The notes: generated from the letters alone by a model not told the origin. 64,000 bases of DNA from Octopus sinensis (GCF_006345805.1 NC_043008.1:28458001-28522000); one strand, 5' to 3'; positions 11,629 through 26,734 are shown, counted from the stretch's first letter. Translations and numbers: made by a program.

Positions 11629-13043
11629 TCTACTACATATGTGGGAGATTCTGTCTGCGGGTGTGTTTGTTCTCGGAGTTGTTGGCTACATAGTTTTATC
11701 GATCATGAGGTAACTTACCACGTGAGTAGAACTCATGTCTGGAGACATCGTGGTTCACTTAGATTATTTTTAAAATGTCGAATATATAACGAATATATCT
11801 TATTTTAGCTGCCAAGGGAAATAACCCATTCAATTTTCTATATTATTTGGTATAAATTACATTAAGTATGCTTAGTTCTTAGTATTTAATCTATTAGAGT
11901 TATTTTCCCAATGTATTCAGTGCAACTCTTAAACTAGTAAACAGTATTTCCCTAAACATTCACTTATTTCGGTCAGTGACTTTTTCCGAAATATACCATG
12001 AATGACGATGCCTTTCATGTCACTTCAGCCAATTGACACGCACTGCATGAAGAACTGCTCTGGTCTTAGATATATGCTATGTCAACGCAAAGGTCACATC
12101 CTGTTTACATGTAGGAACACCATCTTAAAATCTATCTATACATCTTGAAAATGGCCAGCGTGTATATTTCACAGAAGACAATGCTCGAAACGTAGTTCTC
12201 AATCGATGAGAAAACATTTTGACAGCTTCCTTCAAACTATGCCAATGTGATCTGTTTTCCGAATACTGTTGTTTGTATACTATACTGTATACTATACCTG
12301 GGCACACAATAGATGGAACAGATGCAAGCTTGGTACACATATTGAGGGTTGGGAAGAAGATGCTGTCTTCAGAAGTGGGACCATCGGGCAGGTGTACACT
12401 GTGCACCCTAATCAGCAGGAGTGCTTCTTTATGCACCTACCGCTACACACTGTCAGATGTCCTACATCATTCAGAGGCTTTCGAAGACACAATGGGAAGT
12501 CCTCACGACCTATAGGAAAGCCTGTGCCAAATATGGACTACTGGAGGAGGATGTTCACTGGGACCAGACACTGGAGGAGCCAACACTCAGCAGAGCACTA
12601 ATTCAACTGCACCAGCTATTTTCTATCATGTTTATGCGTGAACCTCATAAGCTTTGGGCGATCCACAAAACCAGCATGGTAGAGGACATCTAGAAATGAT
12701 TCAAATGCAAACCTCAGCAGAAATAGACTCGTTCAATAACGTCATTTAGGCGTTATTGTCCAGGTATTGACCTGGACAACCGAGTGCAAACTAGAGGAGG
12801 TCAAGGCAATTCCACATTTGGTTATTACATAACTGACTTCACAATTTAAATATTCATAACTTACTGTGAATTCCTTAAAATAAGAGCCAGTGTAAGATAG
12901 TTCGGTATTCGCTGGAAATGCACAAAAACCGTTTTAAGGGGTACATACTTTGTATTGTTGTTATTGGAATGGGGAAACAATTATGAGAACGGAACCAAGA
13001 GATAAGACCCGCTTTTCCGGCAATTACCGGGTACGTCACCTAG
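11629..13043 (+). mobile_element. Internally deleted Helitron with RepHel fragment
   Basis: 5' A^TCTACTAC... and 3' ccgg-caatta-ccgg hairpin + CTAG^T. Coding remnants HLENGQRVYFTEDNA, IGQVYTVHPNQQECFF and TYRKACAKYGLLEEDVHWDQTLEE are typical of the Helitron Rep-helicase linker. Confidence 0.85.
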
Positions 13044-14111
13044 TAATAAAGAGACACTTCATTTTTTAGGCACCTCTGCAAATCTAAGAAAATGAAGCTC
13101 CAAGTCAGTGAGGAGTAAAGAGTTGATGAGTGAATTTCTTTTTATTGCCGCGCATTTTGATCAATGTAGACTTTGGAATATATAATGTTTTGGTTTCAAC
13201 TTCATCAATTTATTTAAAATTTTATGTTTAATACCTTGTGTAATAGCTTTATGATTTCTTTTCGAACTACTATCTTCAGTTCCACTTGATGTCTACTTGC
13301 CAGGCATCTTGAAATATTGGTCAATTCAATCGCGCTGTCGATCAAATATGCAGAACAAAAACTAAGTGTCAGCATGAAAAGGAGATGGTAGAAATTGTGG
13401 GAGGTTGGTAGGGGTAGGTGGTGCTTGATTACTGTCACTTGATAAATTATAAGGTTCATGGGGACTTCGTATATTGCTTCTTACGAGTTCCACAGTTGCT
13501 CCACACACCACTCACATTGCTTATTCAAACTTTAGCAAGTGGTAGACTTGGGGCGACAGTGTTCGTGGGAATGTATTCAGTAAAATCAACATTACACAAC
13601 GTATGAATTAGTGGTCCTCTCGTAAGTATGAATTCACATAACTTGAGGTGACCGTAATGGGAATGATGACCGTACTTTATTTGCTGCACAAATCTATACC
13701 TCCATTTAAGTTATTTTGTCAAATTTCTCATGTTAATCATTGCTTATTATATTCGAAGAATAATTAAACGAATGTTTTTGAGTTGAGAAAAATTATGCTT
13801 TCATTCAAGTATTTCTGTATTACATTATTTTTTTTTGTCTATGCGGTTGATGGTTAATACAGTATACATGACTGAAATGTAAGACTAGTGTTTGAAATAG
13901 AGATTATATTTTGCAATTAAATACTATCCGGAGTAAAACGTCCACTGTGTTCATGAAACTCTTTTATGATTTCTCTAACTTTTGTTTCTTTTAAAAATGT
14001 CAGAATATCATCGATCAATGTATTAATGAATCCAAAATGTCAAAGTTGGCTCATACGAGATCATTTATTCCATCATTTTGAAGCCACCATTATTAGCTTT
14101 GTTGAAACCAA

Positions 14112-14147
<36 letters not shown>

Positions 14148-14148
14148 A

Positions 14149-14514
14149 ATACAATGTAATTCAAAAGTCGCTATACATTGGAACAATATATTTTTTATAT
14201 AAGAAACAGTTTTCAAGAACAGTTTTTTTTTTATTTAACAGGCTCTATATGGTTATCATTGTTTGGGATTTACATTGCAATACGTTTACCCCACTCATTG
14301 TGAACTCGTAATGGCACATATGATACGTGTGCATAGGAGTTGGTGATGCGTTCCTTCAAATGATTTATGCTTCTTATCTTTTTGCGATACAGCATGCCTT
14401 TTAAATGCTCCCTAATAGAAATGAAGAGGGGTCAGATCAAATCTCTGGGATCTTATGAACTGTTTCTTATATAAAAAATATTTTTTTGCTATGTATGGAC
14501 ACTTTTCACTCATC

Positions 14515-14519
<5 letters not shown>
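14149..14519 (-). mobile_element. Internally deleted Tc1/mariner-superfamily element with about 60-bp TIRs in a TA tract
   Basis: TIRs atattttttatataagaaacagtt / aactgtttcttatataaaaaatat. The minus-strand remnant DLTPLHF resembles SPDLTPLDF. Confidence 0.65.
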
Positions 14520-14566
<47 letters not shown>

Positions 14567-14567
14567 G

Positions 14568-14614
<47 letters not shown>

Positions 14615-15298
14615 ATGAGAGAGAGAGAGGTTTATATTGGAAATATATTCCTATCTAAAAATACTCGTACTCATATCTTCAATATGCATATGGCAGATTT
14701 TGAAAAAGAGCAGCTGCTTTCATTCTAAACTGTTCTAAAATACGTTTTTATTGCCAAAGCTCATAATCCTTCCGTTTTTATGCGATGTATTTTCTTTTTG
14801 ATTATGATGGTAATTATTAAATTCCTAAGTCTGAAATTGCACTGTTTATTTTGCGTCAACATAATAAAAATTAATATGTTATGTTAAATATATTGAATTA
14901 TATGATTAATTTTTCTAGGAATAGCTAGCTGCTTATAAGAGAAAAATAGGTTGAAATTTGAAACTTTTTTCGCGGGTTTCAAATGCCTTACAAGCAAATA
15001 AATATATAATATTTTGCTACTATATATAATATATCTACATTTAGCTGTACTGTATAGACATTGCATAATCAAGATCTAATGTATTATTCAATGTAATATT
15101 CCCTCGTATATGTCCGTATGGTTAATTATGGTGGCGTTACAATTTCAAGTGCGCTGAGCAGTCACACTTCCTTGTTAGGTCGTTAATAGATGAGATGAAA
15201 GGCAATGGATTTCAATGCTCCTGTATTTGAATATAATATACAACAAACATGCTAACATGCATACAAACATAAATATGAAAATACATACACACACACAC

Positions 15299-15349
<51 letters not shown>

Positions 15350-15374
15350 AAATATGTATAAAATATTATATAAT

Positions 15375-15578
15375 TAGGGCTTAGTAAAATAAAATAAATT
15401 ACTTTGCCACATACTAAACTTTCTAGAAATAGCAGCCAATAAAGGTTTTTTAGCCCCTTCCACTACTTAGAGAATTTTTTCCCTCTAACATTGTTTACTC
15501 AAAATAATAATGGTCCCTTTACATACTGAATTCTTGGTGAATTTGATTAATAACTAATTAACTTTACCCTCCCTTGTT
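15375..15578. repeat. pLTR-like fragment related to 43294-43520
   Basis: taggg...ctttgccacatac...tagaaatagcagccaa is shared with 43428-43492. 15510-15570 is inverted relative to 43305-43378. Confidence 0.6.
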
Positions 15579-15579
15579 G

Positions 15580-16053
15580 ATATATATAATATATGTATAT
15601 GTATATATATATTATATATATATTATATATATATATATATATGTGTATATAATATATATATATGTATGTATATGTGTATGTGTACATGTATGTATATATA
15701 TGTGTGTGTGTGTATGTGTGTATGTATGTATTTGTATATGTGTGTGTGTGTATATGTATGTGCGCGCGTGTGTGTGTATGCATGTGTATGTATATTTGTA
15801 TATGTATGTGCATGTGTATGTATATGTGTATATATATGTATATGTATGTATATATATGGTATAATATAATATATATATGTATGTATTATGTATGTATAAT
15901 ATGTGTGTGTATATGTGTATTATGTATGTATTTATATAGATATGTAATTTTTATATATATATGTATGTATATGCATCTGTCTGTGTTGTGTATGTGTATA
16001 TATGTGTATCATTATTGCGTATGTATACATGTATATGTGTATATGTATGTGTG

Positions 16054-16091
<38 letters not shown>

Positions 16092-16385
16092 GTATATATG
16101 TGGGGGGTATATGTATGTGTGTATGTGTATATATGTATGTATATGTGTATGTGTGTGGACATGTATATATATGTGTGTGTGTATATATATATATGTTTAT
16201 ATGTGAGTATGTAGAGATAGAAGTATATGCATGTGTATATGTGTGGTGTGATATATATATATATATATATATAATATATATATATGTATGGGTATGTGTA
16301 TCCGTGTATATAGTATGTGTGTGTGTGTATGGATATGTATGTATGTGTGTATATATGTATGTGTATATGTGTATGTGTGTGTGTA

Positions 16386-16416
<31 letters not shown>

Positions 16417-16514
16417 GTATGTAGGTGTATGTGTATGTGTGTGTATGTGTGCATGTATGTGATGTGTATATGTGTATATATATATGTATGTGTATATGTA
16501 TGTATATGTGTGTA

Positions 16515-16579
<65 letters not shown>

Positions 16580-16919
16580 GTATATATGTGTATGTGTGTA
16601 TATGTATATGTATATATGAGTGCGCGTGTGTGTATGTATGCATATATGTATGTATGCATGTATATGTGTATGTATATATGTGTGGAAGTGTGTGCATATA
16701 TGTATATGTAAGTATGTGTGCGTGTATGAGTATGTATGTATGCTTGAACACGTGTATATATGTGTGTGTGTGTATACATATGGATGCATGTGCGTGTGGG
16801 CACGTGTATGGGTACGCATGTATATGTGTATGTGCGTGTATGCGTATACGTGTATGTATGTATGTATGTGTGGGCGTATATTTGTATATGTATGTGTGAG
16901 TGTGTATATAATTTATATA

Positions 16920-16952
<33 letters not shown>

Positions 16953-17175
16953 GATGGGGGTGTGTGATGCGTATAAGTGCATGTAAGTATGGATGTATGG
17001 ATGTATGTATGTATGTTTACGTATGTATGTGTTTGTGTGTATATGTATGTAGGTGTGTGTATGTATGTGTGTATATATGTATATATATATAAATGTGTGT
17101 ATATATGTTTGTGTATGTATATATATGTGTATGTATGTGTGTGTATATATATGGGTGTGTGTGTATGTATGTATG

Positions 17176-17213
<38 letters not shown>

Positions 17214-17245
17214 TGTATGTATATATATATATATATGTACATGTA

Positions 17246-17277
<32 letters not shown>

Positions 17278-17694
17278 GGTATGTATCTGTATGTAGGAGT
17301 ATATATATGTGTGTGTGTGTGTGTATGTGTATATGTGTATATATGTATGTATATATATATATAATATGTATATTTATTGGGTTGTATATATATAGACTAG
17401 CCTCCTAAAGTGTAGACATGAATCTGTAGGTACGAGTACGTATGTGTTATACGTGAACGTATGTAGATGTTTGTATGTATGAATATAACGCGTGCGTACG
17501 TGTATGTGTATGAGTGTACGAATGGGTTATGTACGTGCTAATGAGTGTGCGTGTGGGAACGAGTACTTGCCTTCTAGTAGACAGACAATTTGACATGCTG
17601 CCATCGCCAGGATCTTAGCTCTAGCGATCAAATAACAAAAGTAATAAATGAAGATAATTAAAAAATTAAAATTAGGGAATGGGCCTGTATGGAT

Positions 17695-17750
<56 letters not shown>

Positions 17751-17870
17751 GTATGTATATATATATATATATGTGTATGTATGTGTATGTGTGTATGTGT
17801 AGGTATGTATAGGCACACATGTGTACGTATGTGTGTGTGTATGTATATGTGTTTATGTATGTATGTGCAC
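15580..17870. repeat. Large compound (TA)/(TG)/(TATG) microsatellite field
   Basis: Seen directly; it produces the spurious Y/I/V/C/M/H/T-rich ORFs. Confidence 0.95.
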
Positions 17871-18230
17871 ACATTTTATTTATTTATTATTTTTTTTTTT
17901 TTTTCTATTTTATTTTTTTATTTTTTATTTTTTATTTTTTTATTTTTTTATTATCTATTCTTCATCTAACTTACCACTGACTCCTTGACCACTCCCCCAA
18001 GTATGATATTTTGCGCTATGCCTACCCCAAAAAAGTCCCCCACCACCACTCCTTTAAACCTGCCTAAATGTATAAATCTAATACAATTTCTGTTAAATAG
18101 CTTCCTGAAGATTTCTCTTGAATAAACAGTACAGTCCTGTAGAGCTCCTTCTATATAATAAATTAATTTTACTCTGCTATGTATTGAGTACCTTACTTAC
18201 TGTGGTTAACCCCGGATCAACCCGGGGACA

Positions 18231-18267
<37 letters not shown>

Positions 18268-18274
<7 letters not shown>

Positions 18275-18504
18275 TAGTTATCACCAAGCTAATATGGCAG
18301 TCCACATATATAGGGCGAAAGCTGCCATTGATTAGCTCGAAGAAGCCATCGCCTCTAGCTAGCTATGTGACACACACGACCTGTGTCCACCTGTTCGTGT
18401 GTCATATAGCCAGCTAGAGGCGATGTCTTCTTCGAGCTAATCAATGCCAGCTTTCGTCCAATATTTGTTGACTGCCATATTAGCTTGGCGATAACTATTA
18501 ATAT
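18268..18504. repeat. Hairpin with about 110-bp arms in a TA tract, with one arm extended (pLTR/MITE-like)
   Basis: atattaatagttatcaccaagctaatatggcagtc...gactgccatattagcttggcgataactattaatat. Confidence 0.85.
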
Positions 18505-18543
18505 CCAGTACCGCTGCCGTAGTCTCCTTTACAGAGATTTAGA

Positions 18544-18617
<74 letters not shown>

Positions 18618-18634
18618 ATATATATATATATAAT

Positions 18635-18719
<85 letters not shown>

Positions 18720-19529
18720 CTGTGAAGGTTTTTGCTAAGCAGCGTTGATTTGTACACCTCTGTAAATAATATTAATCGTATTTTATAAGCTTAAAGCTTA
18801 TAAGTGATCACCACTGGAGAGACCACTGAGCAAACGGCTCGCTGAGCTCAGGTGTCACATGGAAGAAAGTGAAAAAAAATACTACCAAAGCAACTTAAAC
18901 TGTCCGAAGGACGGGTTTGTTTGCAAGTTGAGATATAAAATTCGAACTGAATGCGGTTTTTGTCAGTCTAATCCTAAATATATGAGCATTTATACAATAA
19001 CAATTTACACTACAGGTAAGAGAAAAAATTAACTCCGGAGTTTTCATTGTACTCTGCCTTGAAATTAAATTCCGGAACTGAGCATGGCGTAGCCAACGGC
19101 CTCCGTTATATATATACGTAAACTTGACGAGATATATCTATTCAATACTAGAACGCTTTGGTCGAGTACTCGAAAAATGAATCAAATTTAATCAAACATA
19201 TTTAATATTTTTCTGTTTGTCTGAAGAAAGTCATTTGATAAAGGATTATTGATTAGAAAAATTTATTATTACGGAAATAGGAAAAAATCAGAAAACGTTA
19301 ATTAATGCAATTCTATGAATATAATTCTGCGAATTCCAATCTTTCTTTGCATTATACACCTTTAGATACAAAAATAATCGTAGAAGATATTAATTTATCT
19401 CAAGCTGAGAATTTTAATATATTTCATTGAATTTGATGATATCAGCTATATATATTCAGAAAAATGATAGATTCTCTTTGAAATGTGACATATGAGGAAT
19501 GTTCATTTCAAGAGGTTGCAAACACATAA

Positions 19530-19853
<324 letters not shown>

Positions 19854-21954
19854 TCTAACTCGTGTCCTTTGTCCAGAAATCTATCATCACAAATCTGTGA
19901 CCTCCTCTGTGACACTTTCTGTCTTCGTGTGTTCTTTTGCTCAGTTTATTCCATTATGTTCTCCTATGAAATGTATCCTTATATGCCCATGCGTGTGTGT
20001 TTGTGTGAATGTTTGTACATGTTTGTGGGTGACATTATTATCAGTAGCACTATGACACTCCTTCAGCCCCTGAACACGATTTCTTGAACGGTTCATGTAA
20101 CTCACTGTGTTTGTCTGTTCGCCCATGTCTGGTCGTTGTTGTTGTTGCCATTGTTGTTACCGTCGTTGCTGTTGTCGGATAAATGGAATAGATGCGCACA
20201 TCTGCATTGGGGATGGCAAAAATTTCCGAAAAATCTTTAAATTTATTTATGTATATTAGCATTCTTTTCTTGAATACACTGATATTCTGGCGCATTCTGT
20301 TTTAACTATGGCGCATCGCATTCTGTTTGAAAATTCAAATTTTTATGGTTTAGAACGTTAGTATTATGCACCCATATTTTGCGCGGTAGAAGCTACTCAA
20401 ATATTACCATATGTTAGTTTTTAATCGGTCTTATCATGCCCTATGCATATTTTACATCTTTGTTACATTCACTAGAGAGAAATCCTGGAAACAAGAGATT
20501 GATTCGTTATAATGGTAAGTTTCATACTATGCGTTTGTGATAATTACAAATGGAATGGCTTTCATTTCAGTTAATGTAAAAATCTTACAATCCACAAACT
20601 TACATCCGCATGCCAAGAAGGCTAACAAGGCCAAACGCACAGACACACGCGCACAACCAAAACACATATACATATAACTATACATGCATACCTATGTATG
20701 AGTGTATATGTGTATGTGTGTGTGCATTTGTGTATATGTGTATGTGTGTATTTGATATGACAGCTATAATTAAGTTGAAAATTTCTCAACCATTTAAGCA
20801 ATTATTGCAAAACATTGTGTATTTTTGTATATACATTGAGAGTTTGCCATTTCTCGCTGAGTGATTCCTAATCATGAATTGTATTTAATGAATTGTTAAA
20901 ATATTCTGACAGGTACGAGTTCCACTCGAAAAATTTTATGAATGATTTCTTCGATGCATTTGCACATGCATATATGTATGTATGTATGTATGATGTATGT
21001 ATGTATGTATGTATGTTGTATGTATGTATGTATGTATGTATGTATGTATGTATACATGTATGTATGCATGCATGCATATATGTATGTATGTATGCATGTA
21101 TGTATGTTTTGTGTGTGTGTATGTGTGTGCGTGTGTGTGTGAAAAGTTGAAGTAATCCGGGATGAGTAGTAATCAGTAAAACTAATTGCAATAACGACGT
21201 GATTAATAATAGGGCTAATAAAATGATAAGAACCACTCACTCTCTCACTCTCACTCCATGTCTCTCTCTCCACCACCTATTTCACTCCCACACTATCCCT
21301 CACCTCCGTCCCTCCTCTTTCCACCTATCTATTTCAAGAAGAGACAATAACAATAATAATAGTACAGGTACTACTACTACTGATGATGGTGATGATGATG
21401 ATGATGATGACGGACACTCACAATAACTGAAAACGTAACCCATAGTACTGCAAACTTTATACAAGTGGAAAGCACTAAGGCACATGATTTGAAATTTCTG
21501 GCTGAAACATTTAACTGATAAACGCAAAATGCTGGCATCTTGATTACTAAATGGGCTGAGCTACAAATCGAAAAAAGCAAACACCAATAAATATTTCAGC
21601 ATAGAACCTACAAAAACATTAACAATAATATCACCGAAAATAAAAACTTTGTAGTTTGTAATAAGGTTCGGTAATATTTTAAGACTCGAATTGAAATGCT
21701 TAATTTTTTAAGGTCGTATAACATCCTGATTGGAAAGAAATATAAGAGCATAATTATAATAGTAATACTGGTATTAAAGTGATATTTCTTCCATATCAAA
21801 CCAACTCAGTGATACATATAGGCCTGCACCTCTGCATGTAAGTGTTTTGAAAAGGAGAGCTTGTATATATATCAATGTATCTATACATTTACGCTTGCGC
21901 GAGTAAATTTGTCTGATATGCATGCGTAAATTTCGAAATTATTCATCTTAAACA

Positions 21955-22150
21955 TTTACTCTTTTACTCTTTTACTTGCTTCAGTCATTTGACTGCGGCC
22001 ATGCTGAAGCATAGCCTTTAGTCGAGCAAATCGACCCAAGAACTTATTCATGGTAAGCCTAGTACTATCGGCCTCTTTTGCTCAACCGCTAAGTTACGGG
22101 GACGTAAACACACCACCATCGGTTGTCAAGCACACAAACATATGCAACAC
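21955..22150 (-). mobile_element. SINE 3' half (family of 53829-54230)
   Basis: tcagtcatttgactgcggccatgctg...gtcgagcaaatcgac...accgctaagttacggggac. Confidence 0.75.
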
Positions 22151-22219
<69 letters not shown>

Positions 22220-22499
22220 AACATAATAAATATTTGGGTTATAAGAATTATAGAAACATTATTATTATCTGGCACAAAAAATACTCACTAGACTATATAT
22301 TATTCACATAAAAATATCGTGTACATTAGAGCACATTAAGAGGCCTCCAAATAGGAAAGCCTTGTGCTAGAAAGACCATCAGAAAACTCAAACCACTAAT
22401 TATGGAGGAATTCTGGAAAGGATTGAAAATTAAAAACGTTTACCATCTAATTTAGTTCCTAGACCATGGTTTCTAACTCATTCCATAAAAAATATATTT

Positions 22500-23780
22500 A
22501 CTGAGGCTAGTTTCGTCAGTAGGAAGCATAAGTGAAGAAGCTATGAAAACAGTCAGGAATGACATCCAATTCTTTTGTAGAGGAAGTAGATCTGACATAG
22601 TGGTAGTGCATTGTGCTACCATAGAGGAAGCAACAAAGCACTCTACTACGACACTGAAAACGGAGGAATGTGTACTCTTTCCAACCTATCTCTGTAAATG
22701 TGTGGCGAGTGTAAGGATGCAGGGTGCCCCCCGAGATAGCTGAGATGTGGTTGCTGGCAGTAATGTTGATGGGAACAAAAGAGGACCCCAAAATAATGCG
22801 AGTCATACAAAGCAATTGGACTGATGGCGCTATGCCCTGGAAGTTGTAAACCAGGCAACCCCACAGGACTTAGAAGAAATAGTGGAGGAAATTGAGCTGC
22901 CTCAAGAAGTGAGACCTCCCATCTGCTACCATTGCAGAACGAGGATACACATAATGGTGAACTATTCCCTATTACGCAACCATAAACCAGTGGAGGAGGA
23001 GCAGATCGCGAACAGGAACAAAGTCGAGAGGACAGAGGAAACCATAGAAGCAACAAATGTGGAAAGTATGGATGAAGAGTTCCAAGAAGATGCAGAGCAG
23101 AAAGAGAAAGGAACAAAAAACTTCCCCCTCAAAGAACCTGAAGAAAAAGAAAAAGAAAGAAACAAGTAACACACAAGCACCCAACACACAAAATACAAAT
23201 ATAGAAATCACATTCATACAGTTTACCTCACCTCCGCAAACACTCAAGACAAACACAATCATCCCAAACTACCCAGAAACACGAAGACGCAGAAGCAGAC
23301 ACACAGACATCTCAAGCCAGTTACAAAGGTAGGGCATTTAATGACCTATGTGATGAGCACGGCCATTGAGAGAATCATTTAAACAATTAAATCGGCAATA
23401 AGAGTTAAAATTCCTGTAAGATACTATTCAATAAAAATAAAATGCAGACTAATAAATATCGAGAGATACGAAAAACTAAATGGAATTTGTGGCAATGACA
23501 CAAACCCACTGGGAACAGAGGTGAGATATGACTCTCTACCTATACGAGAACTTGAAACAATACATGATCCGATAATGTAAGATTTAATTTTATTTAAAAT
23601 CGATAACATTGAAGGAAAAAATAGTTAAATGGTACTACTCGATAGAGGGGCTCGAGTAGACAATCCACCCGCATTTATTATATATTGTATTTCATTCATT
23701 CGTTTATGTCTTATGTACCCACTTTGTGTTGTCTTTCCTTGTGCTGTCTCTTCTGTGTTGGGACCTCAGTGGCAATAAAC
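22500..23780 (+). mobile_element. Decayed gag/ORF1-like retroelement remnant with zinc knuckle and poly(A)-signal end
   Basis: VLFPTY...VRMQG.PP then ICYHCRTRIHIMVN (degenerate CX2CX4HX4C), an acidic/lysine-rich tail, and aataaa at about 23774. Confidence 0.5.
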
Positions 23781-23789
23781 AAAATGACC

Positions 23790-24600
23790 GTTTTGGTAGT
23801 AGAGAAGGCGTTAATCTAATGACTTTTGTTTAAACCCTTGTGATTCCGTTGAGTATTCTCGTTTATCTGATTGTTGAACGCTTGGTGCCTATTCTTGAAT
23901 TTTGTTGAAGATTGTTGTCCCCTTTGCTTGCAGGCCTGTGCATTTGTTTGTTTTCGTTCCCTCATTTAGGGGTGAAGAGACTTGGAAAAAATAAATAGCG
24001 AATCGGAAGGAGCCCATGCTAGGAGCAATGCTTCAGCAGCTGAAAGCCGTACCACCGCGCCAAATGAACTGGAGGTGCGGGAAGTGAAAACTGAAAGACT
24101 GAAGTAGGAGAGTTGCAAGGAACTGACACTGAATGAGGGGTCAAGTTTAAGGTTGACGCCTCCAGCAGAAGTAACCAGCTGAACGAGAAGGAGGATAGTG
24201 GTATTCAGAATACTGTCCATAACAAAGAACAAAAAAGAGATGGCATCAGAGGAAGCTATTGAAAAATGTATAGAAGAAATGAAAAGACCTGCGACATTCT
24301 ATACTAGAAGGGTAAGATATAACACAGTGCAGGTGAGGTTTGTCACCGAAGAAGAGCAATAAATCAATCTACTGTGCCACTGAGATCACAAGAACAGGTG
24401 CTCCTACCGACCTGTTGCGGCAATAGAATTTCAAGAATTAAGAGCGGCAGTGTTCCAACTGAAATCAAAAAAGCGTGGCTGGTGGCAGCCGTGATATACG
24501 GAACCAAGAAGAACACGAAGATAAACCGAATTACAAGAACGACGAAAATGAACTGTTGAGGTTACGGCCAGAAAATTTTTATCCAGGCCACCCAGCAATG
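23790..24600 (+). mobile_element. Second, diverged ORF1-like remnant related to 22500-23200, ending against a PLE
   Basis: TVQVRFVTEEE...VLLPT..G.RISRIK...VPTEIKKAWLVAAVIYGTK parallels VVVHCATIEEA...VLFPTY...EMWLLAVMLMGTK. Confidence 0.45.
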
Positions 24601-26150
24601 TGAAAATGTGGGTCTGGGAAGTGGTCAGTGCTGATGTGTGCGTGGTGGTGTGTTATGTTGTGATATGTTGTGTGGTATGACGTTGAAAGGTGTAGTGGTG
24701 TGTGGTGTGATAGCGTCGGGAGATGGGGAAGCGAGAGTGGGGAAAGCATGGGTGGGGTGGTGGTAGAGATGGAGGTATGTCGGTAGGCGGAGGTTAGGGG
24801 TAGATGTGGGATATGTGGGAGTGGGGGTAAGGATTGGTTGGGGTGGAATGGGGAAGGTGGGCATTGAATGTGTAGGGACGGGGTGTGCTTACGAGGGAAG
24901 GGTGACGATGAGGGGGGAAGGAATGAGAGAAGGAGAGTAGGATTGAAGAGAAAGAAGTAGGAGTCGGAGCAAGAGAGAAGTGTCTGGGAGGAAGTAGGTG
25001 TGAGGGGGAGAGAGGTGAAGGAGGAGGTTAGATTAACAGGGGAGGAGAATTAAGCCCATATGACGGTACAGTGATACGAAGAGAGAAGATTAATCTCTGT
25101 TCTCGGTGCAAGCGGGAGTCCAGATGGCCCCTGTGCAAGGACAATCCGAACACGGAAAGTGTTGCAAGGAGTGACCGGTTGAGCGGAAAGGGCGCAAAAC
25201 CGGTGTGTGATTGCCGAGTCGGATGTCTCGGAGGTGTTCTGCGAACCGGTTAGCCAAGCAGCGTCCTGTTTGCCTGATGTATAGAGAAGGGCAGAGAGAG
25301 CAGGAGATGGAGTAGATGATATTGGTAGAAGTGCAGGTGAAGGAGTCGGTGATATGCTAGGGTTGATGATGTGTGCCGGTGAGGAGGAAGGTGTTGGAGA
25401 GGTAAGGACAGGTGTGGCAGCGTGGGTGAGAGCAGGGGTGTGAGCCGGGTTGGGACATTGGTTTAGGAAAGGAGCTGCGGACCAAGAGGCTTCGTAGGTT
25501 GTAGGCTTGATTGAAGGAGGTGATGAATCAGTTATGGAAGATGTACGAAGTGGAGAGGTCAGACTGGAATCTCCGGAAGGCTCGGAGAATGGTGCGTTGG
25601 AGAGGTAGGATGGTGGGGTTGTAGGTGAGGTGAAATGGGAGGCGCGAGACGATGGGGCGGTTCGTGAGAAAGCAGTTGCACGGTCCACGGAACGTGCTCT
25701 CACAAGGGCAGTGTGGATAGTGGTGAGGGGATATCAACGTAGGATGAAGTGGTGAGCCATGAGGTGAGACTGAGTCTCAAAGTCATGGTCGTCACTACAA
25801 AGCCTGCGTAGACGGAGAAACTGGGAATAAGGGATGCAATGCTTGGTGTGTTTAGGGTGAGAGGAAGAGAAGTTGAGGTATGAGTGTGAGTCTGTGTTTG
25901 TAGTTATTTCTTTATTACCCACAAGGGATTAAACACAGAGATGACAAACAAGGACAGACAAATGGATTAAATCGATTATATCGACCTCGAAAAGATGAAA
26001 GGCAAAGTCGATCTCGGTGGAATTTGAACTTAGAACGTAGCGACAGACGAAATACCGCTGAGCATTTCGCCTAGCGTGCTAACGTTTCTACCAGCTCGCC
26101 TACCAGCTCGGTCTGTTTGTGGTGGATGGAGGTGGTGAAAGTGGAGTCAA
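24600..26150 (-). mobile_element. Penelope-like element (Neptune-like): RT C-terminus, linker and GIY-YIG; interrupted by a SINE
   Basis: TSIHHKQTD / SHSYLNFSSSHPKHTKHCIPYSQFLRLRRLCS; the GIY-YIG region is homologous to 7500-8200. Confidence 0.9.
25899..26110 (-). mobile_element. tRNA-derived SINE inserted in the PLE
   Basis: Same family as 47500-47732; flanked by an approximate gtctgt..ttgt duplication. Confidence 0.85.
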
Positions 26151-26734
26151 GTTTTCGTCACTAGTTTGTGGTTGTCTGACCCTGAGTGCGGATAACATTC
26201 AAAAACCTAGGTCTGTGAGTATCACGTAAGGATAGAAACGGGAGCGATAACCTCCCTTGCGAATGCTATGCAGACACAAGCTGTTTGTCGATAGCCAGCT
26301 GAAAAAATGTTTTCCTGGTGCTACAACAGCAGTTACAACGACCTTTATAGGACCTCCACATTTTTGTGGCATAAAAACATTACTAGCGGTACTGTTATTG
26401 CATATCTGTTGCTCAGAGAGTTAAAACAAGTTGTTTCTCTCCCTCTCACTCTTTCTCTACATATGTATGTGTGTGCATGTGTGATCCTATGTGCGTCTGT
26501 ATATCAGATCATGTAAACTTATTAAACGCATAAAATTCCAAGTAAATTTTATTCCATTGATATTTGAGTGCGTTTTGTTCTTGGATAAGACACTTTATAC
26601 CACTTAGCTGCAGTCTAGTCAGCTGGTAAAAATTTGTCTGCGATTCAAAGCGTCAACCTTGTCACGTTCTGATTCATATCAGAATATATCTGGGAATATT
26701 GTTCTTAGTACGCTTGACTGTGGAGTGCTCAGCA

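Noticed and set aside
15547-17969. Many long ORFs (up to 295 aa) rich in Y/I/V/C/M/H/T
   Set aside because: They are translations of TA/TG microsatellites that lack stop codons. The same applies at 19.5, 20.9, 48.6 and 52.7-55.2 kb.
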